Part shown: positions 9,136-20,811 of the stretch, piece by piece
Layout of the letters: each line of letters starts with the position of its first letter
Position numbering within the stretch: position 1 is the first letter of the stretch
DNA from: Nemertoderma westbladi
Lineage: Eukaryota > Animalia > Xenacoelomorpha
Direction: 5' to 3'
DNA length: 36,354 bases
Assembly (NCBI GenBank): GCA_032718475.1
Contig: JAUCBJ010005578.1
Span: 1 to 36,354, forward strand
The notes under the pieces: model-generated
Seen by the model: the letters and a program-made list of their open reading frames with translations, nothing else
What the model was told of the DNA's origin: nothing
The model's database searches: none
Translations under genes and position numbers: made by a program

Positions 9136-9155
9136 GGAAGGCTTGCGAGCCTACC
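9136..9155 (+). repeat. Family-A hairpin motif, copy 6 (3' UTR)
   Basis: GGAAGGCT-TGCG-AGCCTACC. Confidence 0.9.
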
Positions 9156-9769
9156 GTTAGCAATTAGTGCTCAGGAGAAGATATCCAGACCAGCAGGACG
9201 AACTATTAGATCGTCAGGAGGACACTATTGGAAGTTATTAGCGCATTATGTTTATATTATATTTGGACAGATTTAATTTGGTGAAGGTTTATTATGTATA
9301 TTTACAATATATAAAGATTTATCGAAAGAGTTTGATTTATTTGTTCGATTTGTTTTGATTTATTTGTTCTGATTTGTTTAATTTGTTTACCTTGATAACC
9401 GAAAGCCTTTTTTTTTGTATTTTAGGCACTAAAGTTAATTCGTAAATTTGTATTTATATGTACGATCGATTGTATTTACGCCGTATCTGCAATATTAAGT
9501 ATGCAATAATTAGATAGTGATTATATTTTATATTTTAGGCCCTACCAGTAAATTTAGAAATAGTTTGTAGATATTTTATATTTTGATTGGTGAAAACAGT
9601 CTTACTTACTGTTTTCATGGAGCGGTGATGAATTATTTCACTATAAGGTAGCATTTGTAGTTTAACTTTAACGTAAAAACTTTTGAAAATCCGACGTATT
9701 TTGATTAAGTTACAGTAATGTAATATGCCTATTCATATTTGTACACATAAAACCCTTAGGTACTCTCGT

Positions 9770-9837
9770 GGCGTAGTGGTCAGATGGTTAAGGCGTTGGT
9801 TACATTACGTAGGTTACGAGTTCGAATCCCAGTCGGG
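9770..9837 (+). ncRNA. tRNA-derived (Ser/Leu-like D arm) Pol III promoter or pseudo-tRNA in the LTR region
   Basis: A box TGGTCAGATGG(TTAAGGCG) at 9777, B box GTTCGAATCC at 9820-9829, TTTT at ~9847. No foldable anticodon or acceptor stem. Confidence 0.65.
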
Positions 9838-9877
9838 AAATTTGTATTTTGGGGCCATTTATTTTCGTGTGGTGCTA

Positions 9878-10131
9878 ATTGGTAGGCCAATGAGAAGCGT
9901 ACAGCGTAGCGAATGATGAGCCAGGCCAATCATAGGGCATAAATTATCTTATTGCTCAAATGTGAGGCAGTGGAAAATTCTGTTAGGATTCCATGTCCCA
10001 GATTAGTGTAAGGGCCGGACTGCATTGAACGATGAGCTGGGTCAATCATAGAGCACGAAGCACTTCATTGCTCAATGGTGAAGCTGTGGAAAATTCTGTT
10101 TAGTTTCCATGTGCAATTTCTAGTATAAAAG
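9878..10131 (+). promoter_or_regulatory. LTR Pol II promoter: CCAAT boxes, ~115-bp tandem duplication, TATA box
   Basis: ATTGG 9878, CCAAT 9887 and 9926, TATAAAAG 10124. CCAAT and TATATAAAG (25881) are kept in A2. Confidence 0.65.
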
Positions 10132-11378
10132 GCCGGTTTGCCTTCGGTTATCACTTCTTAGAATGTTGTTATCATCCTGATATCGTTTATTCTTGTAAAA
10201 TTATTTAATTCGGTTTCTTGTTGAAACTTTATTTGATAAATCCTTTTGTAAAACTGTAAATATACTGCAATTTCCTGACATGTTTTCTTTTGGTCCGACT
10301 TCGGGACAGCCGAACACCAGGGAGATGGCAGCCTAGATCGTTAGGCCGTAAGCAACGCAGGGAAGGGATGTCCACAACACGCTAGCGCCCACATTGGATC
10401 GACCGCGCACCCCCTTTGCCCCTTCGAAATACTCCACTTGCTATGCAGCGCCCGCTTTGTGAGAAGGTAAGACTTTGTTCGACGCCCTTGCCCGCCGTAA
10501 GACCTATAGATCAGGGTAAGCGTGACATCGTACTGGACGCCGCAAATTTAGGATCAAATAATTATATCCAGACACCCCCCCTTTGTCAAGTCCTACGAAT
10601 CCCTGGGTTAACCTGTACTTCCTACAGGTGCGAACTATTGCCATTCGTCAGTACGCGAGTACATATTAGGTACGGACAGCATACGTTCCATAATTTAGTG
10701 ATTCATAGCACTGACTGTTTGGTACCGGTTCGCTTTGTAGAACGTACATTAGTACCCCCCCCCCCCCCCCCCTGTCTGGAGTTAGCTATTTGATCAGGCA
10801 AGGAGCATTTCTGCTACCGGCACACTGCTTGGCCTAGGGAGGTTTATTAATATCCTACCGCGCCTTGCTACGTACTGATAGGTATTGCTGCTAACTACCG
10901 CAGCAACAAAGTTCTAGAATTAAATTAGTATACCAGATCAGCTAACGTACGGTAGCGATTAACCCCTATTCTTATCTTACAACCAGAATCTGGTATTAGT
11001 GCCGATCACGGGTGTAGTTACTAACACTGTGGTTGCCCATTGGGTTGTGGATAGGAAGGAGAGAGCTTTGACGTCATTCGTGAGTATAAAGTTCTACAAA
11101 CGCGACTAGTTTATTTTAGTAGCTAGCGCACGGTATCACTTAGTCAGAAAATCACTAAAACCTAGTAAAAGGAATTACACGAAATTGTTTTATTTGTAAC
11201 ACACCCACACACACACGCCCTAAAACATATTGCCCTTAAAGTTCTACTAGCTATAGCGTACTATACATTACGTTAGGTGGAAATTATCTGTATTTGTAAA
11301 ATTAGGATCTGATTTAGTTGCGGCAAGATAAGGAGTATTTCACTTTCGTTATTAAACTGTTGTTTGTCTGGACAACGG

Positions 11379-11495
11379 TATTGTTACATTTAGGCCTGAC
11401 CTTTTAGACTGACTTCGTACAGGGGGATCAGTTATTGTTACATTTAGGCACGACCTTTAGGCTGATTTCGACAGGGATGATCAGCATTGTTACAC
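11379..11495 (+). repeat. ~53-bp tandem repeat (2+ units) in the LTR
   Basis: TATTGTTACATTTAGGC..GACCTTT...CAGGG..GATCAG repeated; not duplicated in A2. Confidence 0.7.
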
Positions 11496-11892
11496 TAGGT
11501 CTGTTAACCACCTAGTTCGTATATAAACCATATAAATCACACCGCGGCAAGTTACTGTATTTAGGACTGTCAGTGATAGTTAGGATTCGCTGCGCGGGGA
11601 TTGTTTTCCCGTGAGTTTGGTCTGTTACTGTAACTGTACATCTGCCTCACCGGTTAGAGGACAGGTATCCTTCTGTCTAGTACGTAGGCATTAGACCCGC
11701 TCACGTACATAGAATAGATACAAGGCTCTGTTCCTCGCCAGTAGTCGTTTGTGTACTGTATCTGTTTGTTTAGATATCCTGGACTGGGATTTGTTGTCAG
11801 ATACTGTACGAGCCCGTATACATTACTAGAGTCTCATAGTAAGATACATCGTTACTAGGATCTGGTAAGCGGTATACTACTGGACCCTTACA

Positions 11893-13136
11893 GTCTTCCT
11901 ATCCTTAGCTCCTATCTTACCCCCTATCCACACTTCCACCGATCGGACACTTCCATCCTCGTCAGGGTAAGTGTCTACTACTCTCACTAGCCTCCACTGA
12001 TTGTTGATGATTGTGTCGCCAGTAATGATCACTAAATCACCTTTCTTTAACTCTCTTGTTGTGTTTCTCCACTTGCTCCTCCTGTGTAATGTGGGTAGGT
12101 ATTCCTCAACCCACCTCCTCCAATACTCGGCGCTTATCGCCTTGGCGACTTTCCAACTCTGTCGGGAGTGTATGTCATCTGGGTCTACACCCTGCATGTC
12201 TATGGTCGCTGGCCTTTCCATCAGGAAGTGGCTCGGTGTTAGCATGTCTAGTGATTCTGGGTCGTCATTTTCTGGATATAGTGGTCTGCTATTGATGATT
12301 CCCTCGCACTTAGCTAGCACCGTCCTTAATATGTCCTCTGTCATATGGGTGTTCATCAACTTCAGACGTTTGGAACTACCCACAAGCCTCTCGACGCATC
12401 CTAAAGTATGTGGCGCATACGGCGTCCTCCTTTCCCACTTCACCTGTCGCCTCCTCATGGCTGCTCTGACCTCTTCTCCTTCTAGGATGTCCAAGGCCTC
12501 TGCCAATTCGTTCTCCGCTCCCATAAAGTTGGTTCCATTGTCGGAATAGATCACTGCGATCGTTCCACCTTTGCGGTCTCTGATTCTCTCTAAGGCATTG
12601 ATGAATGCCGATGCCGTAGCGTCCTGGGCGAGGTCTATTCCTACCGCACTCATGTTGTTACATAAGAAGATGATGCCGTAGCGTTTCTCTGTATGACGCA
12701 TCACCTTGATCTTGATTGGCCCAAACATGTCTATGCCGCAGTGCGTGAATGGCAGGTCGTGCTGTCTCACCCTACTGGCCGGTAATGGCGCCATCTCCTG
12801 TATGGCACTCTCCTTTCTCGTCCGTCAGCAGGTCTGGCACTGCCCCACTACTGCCTTCACCTTCTTCCTTAACTGCATGATCCAGAAGGTCCTCCGAATC
12901 TCTGTGAGGGTCTGGTTGGTGCCTCTGTGCAATATCGACTTGTGGGAGTCCCAAATGATCTGGTGGACTATCGGCGATCTGTTGGGGATGATAATGGGTT
13001 TTGGTGGGATGATAAGGCTGTTGTTATTCAGCACTCTGGAATTCATCACCAGAATCCTGTCATCGTTGAGTTGTGGTGACAGCGTGATGAGCTCGCTGTC
13101 CCGTCGAAGATGTTGTTGTTTGCTAACTCGATCCAC
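11893..13136 (-). pseudogene. Element B integrase
   Basis: SHKSILH...CQTC; GIDMFGP, YSDNGTNF, GCVERL, INSRPL, LTPSHFL, YWRRWVEEYL. Confidence 0.9.
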
Positions 13137-13314
13137 TTCGTCGCCGTAGTTCTTTCTCTGTTCGTACCGTATTACGGCCTTAGCCGCTCCCTCCAGATCG
13201 ATGTTTGGTTTCCTCTTGGCGTCCTTCCCAACTCCCTTGAGGAAATCCCTGTAGGCCCTCCAGTACGCTACCTACTTCTTGGTCTTGTACCAGCTGGAGC
13301 TGTAGCTGAGTAAC

Positions 13315-16068
13315 CTATCCGTCGGGTTGTCGCATGTTTCTTCTAATTTCGGTTGCACCTCCCTGACTATATATCTCTTCTCCTTCTGAATCTTCTCCCT
13401 CTTCCCCTGGTGCTACTTCCTCTGAGCCCGGGTCCACCTTCCTCATTGGTGGCCAGGCTGATCTATCATTCAGGATGTGTGGCCCGTGCTGCCACAGCAC
13501 TTCCTTCTTTGAGAAAGTGTGGCATGCCACGCCCCCCGATAACAAGTCTGCTGGGTTCTCATCCGTTGGGCAGTAGTGCCACCTTTCCAAGTCTGTGGTC
13601 GCCCTTATTTCGTCCACCCTATTTGCGACGAAAATAGGGTATCTCGTCTTCTCATTGTGCAGCCACCCGAGCACTACCATGGAGTCCGTCCAGTAGTGTG
13701 TCTCCACTATGTTGGGAATAGTGTCCATCAAGTAGGATGTGGCCCTTACTCCTAATCTTGCAGCTGTCAACTCTAGTTTCGGGACTGACGCTGAATCTAG
13801 CAGCGTCGACTTTGCTTTGCTGAATGCAAGTCTGGGCGTATGAGCGCCCTTTCGCTGTACCAGGTAGAGTGCCGCTCTGTATGCTTCCAATGATGCATCG
13901 GAGAACATGTGTAGGTTCAGGTCCGTCATGTCCCCATCCGGGAAATACACGCGGGGCATGCTGTACGTCCCCATCTGTTCTAAACTCCCCGTCCACTTAC
14001 CCAATTGCTTGCTTATATCTTCCGGGACCTCCGTATCCCACTCGTCCTTTAACTTAGATACTTTCTTAAGTATCTGCTTCCCCGTGACTAACAATGGGGA
14101 TGCTAGGCCTAAGGGATCGTATATCCTTGCTATGTACGATACATAGCCTCTCTTTGTGTGGATGTCTGCGCCCTCCTGGCTCAGTTGGTACTTGAACTCG
14201 TCTGTCTCCCGGTTTCAAACGATCCCCAGCACCTTTTGCTGAGACTCTACTCTTTTGTCAGCCATGTCATTTCCCTTGGCTGTTGTGGGGTTGTCCATGG
14301 TCGACTCTGGCTGCCTGTCCTCTATGGCTTTCATAAACTCCTCTAAGCTGGACTGAAACTTGGTCAGGTTAAATCCGGATCCTTTCAGGATGTCGCGAAC
14401 CTCGCGCCGTGTCTCCAGTAATTCTTTAACCGTATTTCCAGATTCCATCCCGTCGTCTACATAGAAACCGCGTCGAATCATATCGATCGCTTAGGCGCTA
14501 TACTTCCCCTCTTTCCCCTCTACTGTATCTCTCACAGCCACAGTCGTCGTGAATGAAGACGACTTGGCCCCCATGTTCTGCACTACCATTTTGTACATCG
14601 GTATTATCGACGGTTCCTCGTCGCCGTTGTACCATAGGAAGTGCTGGTGGTCGCTATCCTCCTCCATCACAAGGACTTGGTTGAACATGCCTTCTATGTC
14701 GCAGGTGAAGGCGTGCCTCCCATTCCTAAATCTCAACAAAACCTCAATCCCCGAGTTGTAGATATTGGGGCCCTCCAGCAGATAGTCATTTAGGCTCTTG
14801 CCATTGGTTTTAACCGATGCGTCAACCACCATCCGCAGTTTACCCTTCTTTGGATCTAAAGCCACATGAAGTGGCAGGTAGTAGGTCCTGTCCGTGTTCG
14901 GTTCATCGACCGGCAACTCCACGGCCCATCCTTTCTCGACGTACTTCTTTATCGTCTTATGGATGTACTCATCCTTCTCGGGGCTCCGTTTCAGCGTTTG
15001 CTTCAGTTTGCGAAGCCTCGTGAGTACCATCCCCTTGTTCTCTAGTAGCAGTAGTTTTGGCTGTTTCCACACCATGCCTATGGTGCACCGCCCCTCATCG
15101 CATCTCATTGACTCCTTCACACTCTGTACTGCTTGTTTATCCTCTACCGAGGTTCCGACCCCGGTCTTCTTTAGTCCCTCAAAATCCTGTCTCAACAGTC
15201 TCTTCAGCTGCTCCTCCACTCCTTCATCTTCCATCTCCCTCATAGTTCCCGCGAACATGCACCCCGATGTCTCCAACATCCTAAATGGAATTTTGGTTTT
15301 AATTGGGCCGCTTAGCGTCCACCCGAATGGTGTGAGGATTGCCATCGGATCACGCTGCCTGTCTTCCCCGAAGATCGTTTGTATTCTTTCGTGGGCCGTC
15401 GGGCAGTCCATTCCCACTATGAAGGATACCTTCCTGATGTCCACCTCTGGTATCGAGAAATCGATGTCGTCCAGGAATCTGTATTGCTCGACCTCAATGT
15501 TGGTTGGTTGCCTGGCGTTTATGTTGATTGATTCTATCACCTGGATGGGGTCGATGGTCGCCCCATAGTCACATCCCGGTGCTATCGCTGATATCTCGCA
15601 CCTTCCCAACCTCATCTCCAGGACCTCATCTTTGCTGGAGATGGTTGTTACCGCCATCCTACTTGGCCTCGTCTTTAACCCTATCTCCTCGGCCACTCAA
15701 TTCTCCACCAATGTGAAGGCTACTCTGCTGTCGACCAGCATCAACGTAGTAACTGATCGACTGCCTTCTCCTATCACCCTCACTGGCACTACCCCGAGTA
15801 GTACCGTTCCCCTTTTCTTCGCCCCTAGGGTGCTTGTCGCCATCGTCTGCCCTTTAATGCCCTTAATTGGTGTTTCTTTGCATTGATCAGCTATGAGTCC
15901 ACCCGCCACACATCGATGACAGATTCTACTCTTCCTTGTGTATTCTACCTGATCTTGTTTGGGCAACGCTTGCCAGTTCATGGTCTGATGAAGTGCATTC
16001 GAATGCAATTGGCATTTGTTGTTTGGATTATAGCCGTCCCTATATAGTGCGCTGCGTATCGCACTCAC
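13315..16068 (-). pseudogene. Element B protease, RT and RNase H/Peptidase_A17
   Basis: VVPVRV..LMLVDS (protease), TPFGWTLSGP, YYLPLH, LRMVVDAS, DIEGMFNQV, FYVDD, KVLGI, FSDAS, VPKLEL, YWTDS, FVANR, ENPADL. Confidence 0.9.
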
Positions 16069-16236
16069 GTTCGTACCTAGTTCCCTACTGTTCTTATTAT
16101 TTGGGTTTGGCCTACTGGGCGTGTTGGGGTTATATTTGTTTGTGTTGTTATTTTGCCCCTGTCCACTCCATGGTGTGGCCCTACCCCCGTCTATATGTGG
16201 ACTAGCAGTCCCCTGCGTCGCCGCGTATGGCAGCGA

Positions 16237-19200
16237 TTATCTAAGTTTTGGTAATGCATTTGCCGTGTTGTGTTCCGGTTTTGGCCTGTTATATTCGGTC
16301 TTTGGCGCCCTCCCCAGACTATCCTCGCTATAGACTGGGTCCGTGATCAACTCCGCTTCATAATTGAGGAAGTTCGACATTTCCTCTAGGCCCGGTTCCA
16401 CACCTTTCTTCTCCCGGGTGGAGATCTCTCGGGAGATATTTCTCCATTTGTTGCGCAGCCATATCGGCAGTGCCTGCGCTATCGTGGTGATATTATTAGA
16501 TGCATTTAGTTCGTATGGCGCATCTAGCGTTTTCAGCACGATTAATGCCTTCTCGACCTTGTTCGCGAAGGTCTTTATGCTAACAGGGTTATCCTGTAGG
16601 CCACCCGATGTTATCCCCCTTAAGGTCTGCCGGATGATCTTGGCAGGGTGTCCGTATTCCCTGTCTAGGGCCCGCCATGCAGTCGTGAAGCCACCCTCGA
16701 TGCCCTGATACTGCCTCACGATGTCGTACACTGGGCCTCCTGTGTATACCTGTAGATATTTTAGGCACTCCGCCTGCGTCAGGTTCTTAGTTAATATCTC
16801 GTTGCTGTACATGCGCCGGAATTGCAGGTATTCTTCCGGCCTGCTTCCGTCGAATTTAAATGGCTCTACAGGTGGTAGCTCGATTCTGGTCTTGAGCGCA
16901 TCGATAAGTGTTGCTATTCCCATTGCCTGTGCTTCCAATGGGTTCGAAGGATGCTGTACAGATTCTCCCGTTGGGTGCGGTCCGCCCGTCCGGCCTGTTG
17001 ACTTTCTTTGTATCAGATATACCATTGGGTGTAACGCCCCCCTCCCATATCTCTGTGTCGCGCAAGATCTGTTCTCGTCCAGGGGGTTCGATGTTCTTAT
17101 TCCTGCTTGAGTATATTATTCATATTGTAATGGGGGAATGTCACCCTGTCCCCCTCCCACCGGTGTTATGTTTGGTACTGGGGTTGATGTTAATATATTG
17201 GGGCCCATACACCTATCCGCAATAACTCTCCCCTCCCCTGGATATATGTTATGTCCCTGCATATTATAGTCATACTGCTATGCTGGTACCGGTATAGGCC
17301 TATCCACTTCTTGCCTACCTACCGGTATATATGCCACAACTTCCGGATCTAATCCCGTCGTTCGCGCTACCCTATCGCCTACACTATCTTTCCCAGCATG
17401 GCCTATAGTATGTGCAGTAAGCCCTACAGTATGTCCTGCAGTCTGCATGTGTCCTTCCGGACCGAAGTTTAACCTTCTCGAATAATCCAAGAAGTCCTCC
17501 CCGCGACTACCGTACTCTCGATCGGCAGCTATATCCCGTTGGGAAGTTTCTCTTCGATCCCCTCTCCTGTTCTCGTCCTTATAACGGTACATTCTGTACC
17601 CTTCTCCCGGCGTATGATATATCTCGCCAGGCTGCGTCTCTCCGGGGCGACGGCAATCTCCCGGAGTTCGACCCAACTGACTCTCCAACTCCATCTCTAC
17701 TACCGACGGCTCGCTATCCATCCTCTCTCTCCAGTCGCTCGTAGCAACGCTTCTTCTATTCTCTTCTCTTCTTCTCTCTTCAGTGTAGCGTCCCCACTCA
17801 TGAGATCTCTCGTCGACCTCACGGTTAAACTCCACTGTTCTTCTTCCTTCTTCTGACTGGGCTCGACGTCTTGTTGCTCGCCCGCTCACGACGCCAACCT
17901 CTCTCTCTCTCTGGCTGGTTGGACGCTACTGGGGATATTCGTAATCCCCCTACTATTCTCCATCACCGGGTGCTGCGGTTCACCTAACTCGCCCCGCGCA
18001 TTATCCGCCAACGCTCGTGGGACATTCTCTGCCCCCCCCCCCCCCCCCTCTCGCCACTAATCTCCCGTGGTGGGGCGCCCGTAGCCCCCCCCCCCCCACT
18101 CACCACCTATTACTTCAATATCTCCTACTTCGCTTCTACGCCCCTCTCTAGTCAACTCACTATCCCTACTGCGGCTGGGTCTATTCACCCCCGCCTCTCC
18201 CTCTACTACTGCGTGGCCTTGCAGGCTCCCGTCGGGTTGACTCACCCCCGCTACTCCCTGCGTACTAACTACGTGGCCTTGCAGGCTCTCGCGGGTCGGA
18301 CCACCTATGTCTGCTGCGTTTATATTAATAGCACCATTATCAACAACATTATTTTCTAAATTATTTAAATTATTTGAATTATTCTGTTCAGAATTCGGAT
18401 TGTTATTTAAATTATTTTGTATACTTAAATTAGAATCGGGATTATTTTGTTCGTTTGGATTAAAATTATTATTTATATTATTCTGCGTATTTAAATTTAA
18501 ATTATTTGAATTACTTTGTATATATGAATTTAGATTATTATTTGAATTATTTTGTGTATTTAAATTAGGGTTATTTGAATTTAAATTATTATAACCGGCA
18601 AAATATTATTTCCTGCAATGAAAGTTTGATTAGGGTTGTCTACTATGGTACTATTAATATTAATGCCTTCTAAGGTATTATTATTACCCCCCACGCCCGT
18701 ACGATTACACCAGTCCTGGGTCTGTCGTCCGGTCCCTGTAAGTGGGGTATTAACAAACGATTCAATCACTTCTGGCTCCTCGTAAATACTGCCCGAGCCA
18801 GTCTCACTCTCAGATAATCCCAACTGCGCCAGTTCTAGTCGGCGCTTCTGCTTGGCCTGATATTGCATAAGCCCCCTTAACCGGGCATGCATATCATCCC
18901 GCATATGCTTTCCCGCTCTCTCTCTCTCTATCCTCTCGTAAACTCTGGTTCACTAACTCTGTTTCTCTCGCCACCTGCTCTCTATACTCATTCTCTACTC
19001 TCGTCTCTCGCTCTTTACGTTCCTCTGCCTCTCTCTTTTCTTGTTCTCTACAGTTCTTCGCCACCCTCTCGGCCCTCTCTCTACACTCCCTCGCCAACTC
19101 TCTCTATTTCTCTAACAACGCAGTTCCCTCATCCAACTGCCTCTCTAATTCTTTCTGGTCTAGAGCCACCATGTCTAGTTGACACGCCAGATCTATCTCC

Positions 19201-19998
19201 AACACCCTTCTTGCTTTCGCGGAGGATGTAGCGGACTTATCGGTCGCGACAGACTCCCTACTAACTGTCCTACTAACTTTCCCCCGCTTTCTGGGGTTCT
19301 CGCTAACCGACGAGACCGAATCCTCAGGGTTAACCTCGGGTTCACCCTCGTGTGGATCCGCCCAACCCACTAATTTAATTCCCCTGGCATCCACTAAATA
19401 CGGCCCTACGTATACTATTTCAGGCTCCATAACCCCGGATCGCCACAGTTCGAATAGTTCAGTGGCGACCCCCCTCGCTCTCTCACTCGCCAGTACTACC
19501 TGCCCAAAACGAACTAGATACCGAAAATGTTTATTTGACTCACCTAGCCGCTGGTTTACTTGGTTTACTTGTTTACTTTCCTTGGTTTACCTTCTCTCCC
19601 TCTCTGGCCTCCTTTAGCAGTTTCTTCGTGGCGTTGTAGGCCCGTCGTAGCCGATCGCTGGTCCCGACGTCCACTTCGCTGACATCTCCTCCTCCTCTCC
19701 TGGTTCGGCGTCGTACCGGCGGCCCCACCGTCGCCGTTCCGGTGGGCCGTCCGTCGCCCTCGGCCTGTGGCTGGCCGGTGACTTCAGTACTCCTACCGCC
19801 GTCGTGCGTCGACTCTTCCCTCTCTCGTGGTTGACGGCCGCCCTCGGCTTGGGGCACCGGATCGTCCCTCATCGGCGAATCCGGCATCGCAGGTCAATAC
19901 CGTCGCGTCGCGGCCTCGCGGATCATTTGGTTGGTGTCGTCCGGGGCCCGTGGCGGTGTCCTCTCTCCCTCTGGATCTCGGGGCTCTCTATCACGCAT
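16237..19998 (-). pseudogene. Element B gag: long low-complexity/coiled-coil N-terminus and DUF1759-like capsid region
   Basis: LPPVEPFKFDGSRPEEYLQF...CLKYL...AWRALDREYG...LPIWLRNKW; PEDSVS motif; R/E-rich coil; candidate ATG at 19998. Confidence 0.8.
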
Positions 19999-20086
19999 CT
20001 TTATAACTCTAACGTTCTTGGCAGTCACAGTTTAGCGGGTATAGTCTTACTGTGACGGGATCAAGGGATCCCGACCAGGTTAAGTT

Positions 20087-20574
20087 TGTACGCGTCACAG
20101 CGGGCTGATGGCAAGGTGGAGAAAATTTTGATGTTCCTTCGTTCATATAATACAACTGCTAATGATAGCACAGTATGAGATAACAATAATAGTGAATAAT
20201 AAATCAGTATGTAACAGCACCGCGATGACGGTAAGACTATAATGCCGGTCTACACTGAAACTGACAGATTGGATAACTGAATAGTAAATCAGTATGTATG
20301 AGATAATATACGACACACCAATATTACTTCACTGCTACATTACTTTGGCCTCCTACCTAGTGGATGCTCTCCCTCGCCCCTATTGGCTAATAACCTACTT
20401 CACGCCTTTCCACTCTCTGGGAGTGTTTCCCCCCTGTCGCTAGCCCCTGCTAGCTGTCTCCCCTTCCGAGGTGGTTTGACCTCTAATCTCCCTTTGTGTG
20501 GCTTTGGGATTTGTACTGTCCCCGATGTTGGTCGTGATACGAGATTAATTATTGCTAATCTCGTATGTCCAACA
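20087..20574 (-). repeat. 5' LTR of element B
   Basis: Minus strand TGTTGG...GCGTACA, followed 9 nt later by TGGTCGGGATCC (PBS-like). LINE RT sequence lies immediately beyond 20574. Confidence 0.6.
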
Positions 20575-20780
20575 TATTGCTGAAAATGCCACTATCCCAT
20601 AAATGCAAAAATTTGACAGAATTGAAAACTTTTCAATAGCCTTCTTTCTGGTTGTGGCCAAAATGGCAGTGTCATCCATAAATAGGAGACTATGTAACCA
20701 TTCTAGAAATCCGTCATTTTCGCAGTTTTTTTAGATTCCTGACTAGCTCATTTAGATAAATAATGAACAATATACCGGAA

Positions 20781-20811
<31 letters not shown>

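Larger units (their letters stand above)
1..11892 (+). mobile_element. BEL/Pao LTR retrotransposon A1 (5' part outside window): pol, accessory gene, 3' LTR
   Basis: Pao-type domain order (Peptidase_A17/RNase H, then HHCC+DDE integrase). Terminus ...ACTGGACCCTTACA at 11892 is where similarity to sister copy A2 (...ACTGGACTTTTCA, 28198) ends. Confidence 0.93.
9626..11892 (+). repeat. 3' LTR of A1 (start approximate)
   Basis: Ends in TTACA and is collinear with 25490-28198. The start is a guess: TG after the purine-rich ATGGAGCGG. TGTAA at 9719 is an alternative. Confidence 0.6.
11893..20574 (-). mobile_element. Degenerate BEL/Pao LTR retrotransposon B (5' LTR + gag-pol), cut at the integrase C-terminus by A1
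   Basis: Ordered gag-PR-RT-RH-IN fragments on the minus strand with many stops and frameshifts. Confidence 0.92.

Noticed and set aside
2898-9155. CRISPR array interpretation of the 20-nt palindromic repeat
   Set aside because: Copies are mostly 1-2 kb apart and lie within ORFs; eukaryotic TE context; no cas genes.
9770-9840. Functional tRNA gene
   Set aside because: Anticodon and acceptor stems do not pair; only A/B boxes are retained.
10755-10772. Poly(C) run as a functional element
   Set aside because: Not conserved in A2 (GCCCGCCCC); likely homopolymer slippage.
12001-19373. Plus-strand ORFs opposite element B (e.g. 12001-12549, 14894-15568, 18307-18594)
   Set aside because: Antisense shadows of gag-pol or of low-complexity repeats, with no domain motifs.
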